A stretch of 64,000 bases of DNA from Protoeuglena noctilucae (lineage: Eukaryota). The notes beneath the pieces are model-generated. The model was not told the DNA's origin. It did not search any database and saw nothing but the letters and a program-made list of their open reading frames with translations. A program made the position numbers and the translations under genes. The stretch is taken from NCBI GenBank assembly GCA_958009085.1, contig OY253683.1, forward strand, positions 124,001 through 188,000. Reading direction: 5' to 3'. This document shows, piece by piece, positions 61,501-64,000 of this stretch (position 1 is the first letter of the stretch; every line of letters begins with the position of its first letter).

Positions 61501-63790
61501 ATCGAAGCCGCGGGCGGCCTATCGGGTCTCTTCACGGACCCCGTGCAGCACATCCCCTGGCCGGGGCGGGACTGGCCGGTGATGACGGACCAGCTGGAGG
61601 GCAGGGCGATGCTGCGGGTGGCCTTCCTGTGCCTCATGGACCCTCCCGCGAACGTGGTCGGCAGCGCGGGCGGCAAGAAGAAGAAGAAGGCGTCGGTTCC
61701 CTGGCCCGCCAGCCCCGCATCGGAGGCGTGGCTCTTCTACTTTGGGTGCGTAACGTGACTTGCGTCTGCATGTAGCTGGGGTGCGTGCGGTGTCCTGTCG
61801 TGTCGTGTCGCCAGCCTGAGCGCTGAGCGCACCCGTGCCCTAGTGAAAGCGACCCTTGCGGCAGATGACGAGGCTCCCGTTTTGCAGCTGTGCGGCCGTG
61901 TTGCTGCCGCCTTGAGCGTCAGAGCTACATGGCTGCCCGTCACCCATCCAAGCCACATGCCTGCCCATCACCCGCGCCCTCACCATCGCCCGCAGGACCG
62001 TCAGGACCTCCAATGAGCGCTGGGCCGACCTGGGACTCCACGTGCAGCGCGTGGCGGGTCTGCTTAAGCCCAGCCGCGCTGGGTACCTGCCCCGCGTCGC
62101 CAACCTACCCCCGGGGACATCGGAGGCTCTGCTGGTACAGCAGGTGGCGCAGGCGCTGGGACCGCACGTGACGGCGGAGGAGCTGGTGAGGGTTGCGTGA
62201 CTGTGGCTGTGATTGTGATGGGTGGAGAGTGCGCGCAACTGTTACGGTGGTGGAGCTGGTGAGGGTGCAAGCAGGTTAAGCTCGCGTTGTATGTGCAATG
62301 TCGCACTCCTGTCGCCTCCCCCGCAGCTGGACGACGACGGCCGCCGCGTCCGCTCCCAGTCGCGTCCCCTGGTGGACCTCTTCCTGTCCGTGCGTGCCTT
62401 CGTCCCATTCACGCGACTGCGCTTCCTGCCCCTGCACCACCGACCCTTCGTGGACGCCTATGCCGAGATGGCCGAGGCTGTGTGGTGCGTGCCTGTGCGG
62501 GAGGGGCAGACGATGGCTGTCTATAGAGCTCTCTAATGGTCATTGTTGACGATGTCATGTTCCTTGCGAGCCAATGCGACTAAGTGGGTGCGACCCAGCT
62601 TGCAACACGCTCGGCCCGCCGCAGCATGGCAATGGCACACAGCCTCTCTTGCACGCAGCGCGGCCCTGGCAGAGCCCCTGCCGAAGCTGCCGGACATTCT
62701 GGGAGATCCGAGCGGGGAAGGCGAAGTGGCGCGGGCGTTCGCGGATGCGCGGCGCTCTGCGGTGGCGAGGAGGGCGGTGGGCGCCGCGTTCCCCGCCCTC
62801 TTCCTCTACCTCCAGGAGTGCTCGACGCTCACCGCCGTCATGATGCTGCTGGTGCAAAACCCCAGCGCGGCGGTGGCCCTGATTGACGCCCCGGTGAGTC
62901 ACGCAGCGCTCTGTGGTGCTTGGATAGCGCTCTGGCATGCCCTCTGTTTCTCTGTCACAATCGATGTCATGCTGTCGCTGCCACCTCACAGCGCCCACCT
63001 CTCAATGGCCACCTGTCGGCCCTCCATCGCAGGTCGCCCCCGCCTACGCTACGGTGATGGAGACGACCCTCTTCAGAAACTGCCAGCAACACTTGCAGAA
63101 GCTGTGGAGCGGTGAGGGCTGCCGTGACATGCCTTCCTACCTCACAGACTGTGAGTCCTCGTGCTGACCAATTCAACGCTGCCTGCCACTCAGTTCATTA
63201 GAAGGACTGAAACCCTCGCCATGTCCCATCCAATGTACGCGACCGTTCTCTCAGCCCCGCATCCCACGCCCTCCCCACCGTACTCTGTGCGCCCAGCCCC
63301 GAGTCTCGACTCCCCCCAAATCGTGGCAGACTTGACCAACATGACCCAAGGGGCTTTCTTGCATCTCTCTGTCATCATGGCCGTCGCCACCCTCACCTCG
63401 TTCGCCACCGTGCCCCCACTGACGGTGCCCAAGCGCGACATCGCCGCGGCTGCTGACACGGGGCCGCTGCTGCGCGGCGCCAGCAACTTCCTGCATTACC
63501 TGGAGGAGAGGGTGGTCCTGGACCCGGGCCTCCTCACCACGTGCCCAACCGCCTTCCCCCGAAAAGACGACACGATTGAGGCGTACCAGCCGCAGCCGGG
63601 CGCGGGCGGGGATTTCTGGGAGCTCTCCGAGCAAGGGGCCAAGTGCTACGCGCAGTTCGCGATCTTGCGGTTCCAGATGCTGGCACCCAACGAGCCAGGC
63701 ATCGACGGGCTGCTGCCGGTGCGTGTGGATGAGAATAATATAATGCAATGTCTTATGGTTGAGAGTATCCATACGTGGTGGGAGCTGTAG
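52555..63790 (+). CDS. Large multi-exon (~29 exons, roughly 2,000 aa) protein of unknown function
   Basis: A continuous phase-compatible exon chain runs from MPVKGAKSRQK (52555) to ..ESIHTWWEL* (63790), with strong gtgag/gtgcg donors and Ycag acceptors. No family is recognised. Confidence 0.65.
55213..55343 (+). repeat. Duplicated exon end plus donor in the large orphan gene
   Basis: gcgatgccgcacctggtgagggagtgactg is identical at 55234-55263 and 55278-55307. A further diverged copy of 55213-55246 lies at 55310-55343. Confidence 0.95.
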
Positions 63791-64000
63791 CTGGCGGCTC
63801 CACTGTTGCTAGCAGTGGCTGCCGGTGCGCTCAAGACTGAAGATGATGCATGGGAGTCGAGCAGCCGTCCGTCCTTGTACGCAGGGCTTGGCTGCGATCA
63901 TGGTACTGGGCTGGATGCACGCTTCCGCTCGGGCCGTGTTCCGGAAGGAGGGCAGGGACTCCGCCAACCCTCTCATTCCTGATGCCGACCTTCTGTGGTG

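Noticed and set aside
524..63790. Non-standard nuclear code (TAA/TAG read as Gln, as in some ulvophytes)
   Set aside because: Conserved genes such as LCB1 and FZL end at TAG at the expected position, and I found no in-frame TAA or TAG inside conserved exons.
1..64000. Many long overlapping and antisense ORFs in the six-frame track (e.g. 11441-12856, 45140-46597, 50114-51403)
   Set aside because: These are expected shadows of high-GC coding DNA, giving Arg/Pro/Ala-rich translations with no motifs. The real genes are explained by spliced exons in other frames.

Overview
This is GC-rich, intron-dense eukaryotic DNA that reads in the standard genetic code. It is most consistent with a compact green-algal (chlorophyte) nuclear genome, because it carries plant-type GSH1, FZL, Deg5 and an organellar DEAD-box helicase with transit-peptide-like N-termini. 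I spliced about 18 protein-coding genes by eye, mostly separated by only 80-650 bp. In order they are: a hybrid histidine kinase, CDC40/PRP17, a Deg5-like protease, an RH3/RH9-type helicase, COQ4, YqgF, an FIH-like JmjC protein, an MFS transporter, GSH1, IND1/NUBPL, NEMF/RQC2, a FAM13-like protein, a small charged protein, LCB1, a metallophosphoesterase, FZL, a low-complexity protein and a ~2,000-aa, ~29-exon orphan. There are two 200-N assembly gaps. I saw no RNA genes, CRISPR arrays or recognisable transposons. Five observations stand out: (1) about 14 introns carry a diverged copy ('echo') of the adjacent exon end plus its splice site; (2) the histidine kinase sensor looks like an adenylyl-cyclase-type 6TM anchor; (3) GC-AG introns are unusually frequent; (4) the JmjC protein has lost all three Fe ligands; (5) the giant orphan has dispersed Cys clusters. 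Gene boundaries are manual predictions without transcript evidence, and comparisons with reference proteins are from memory rather than from database searches.
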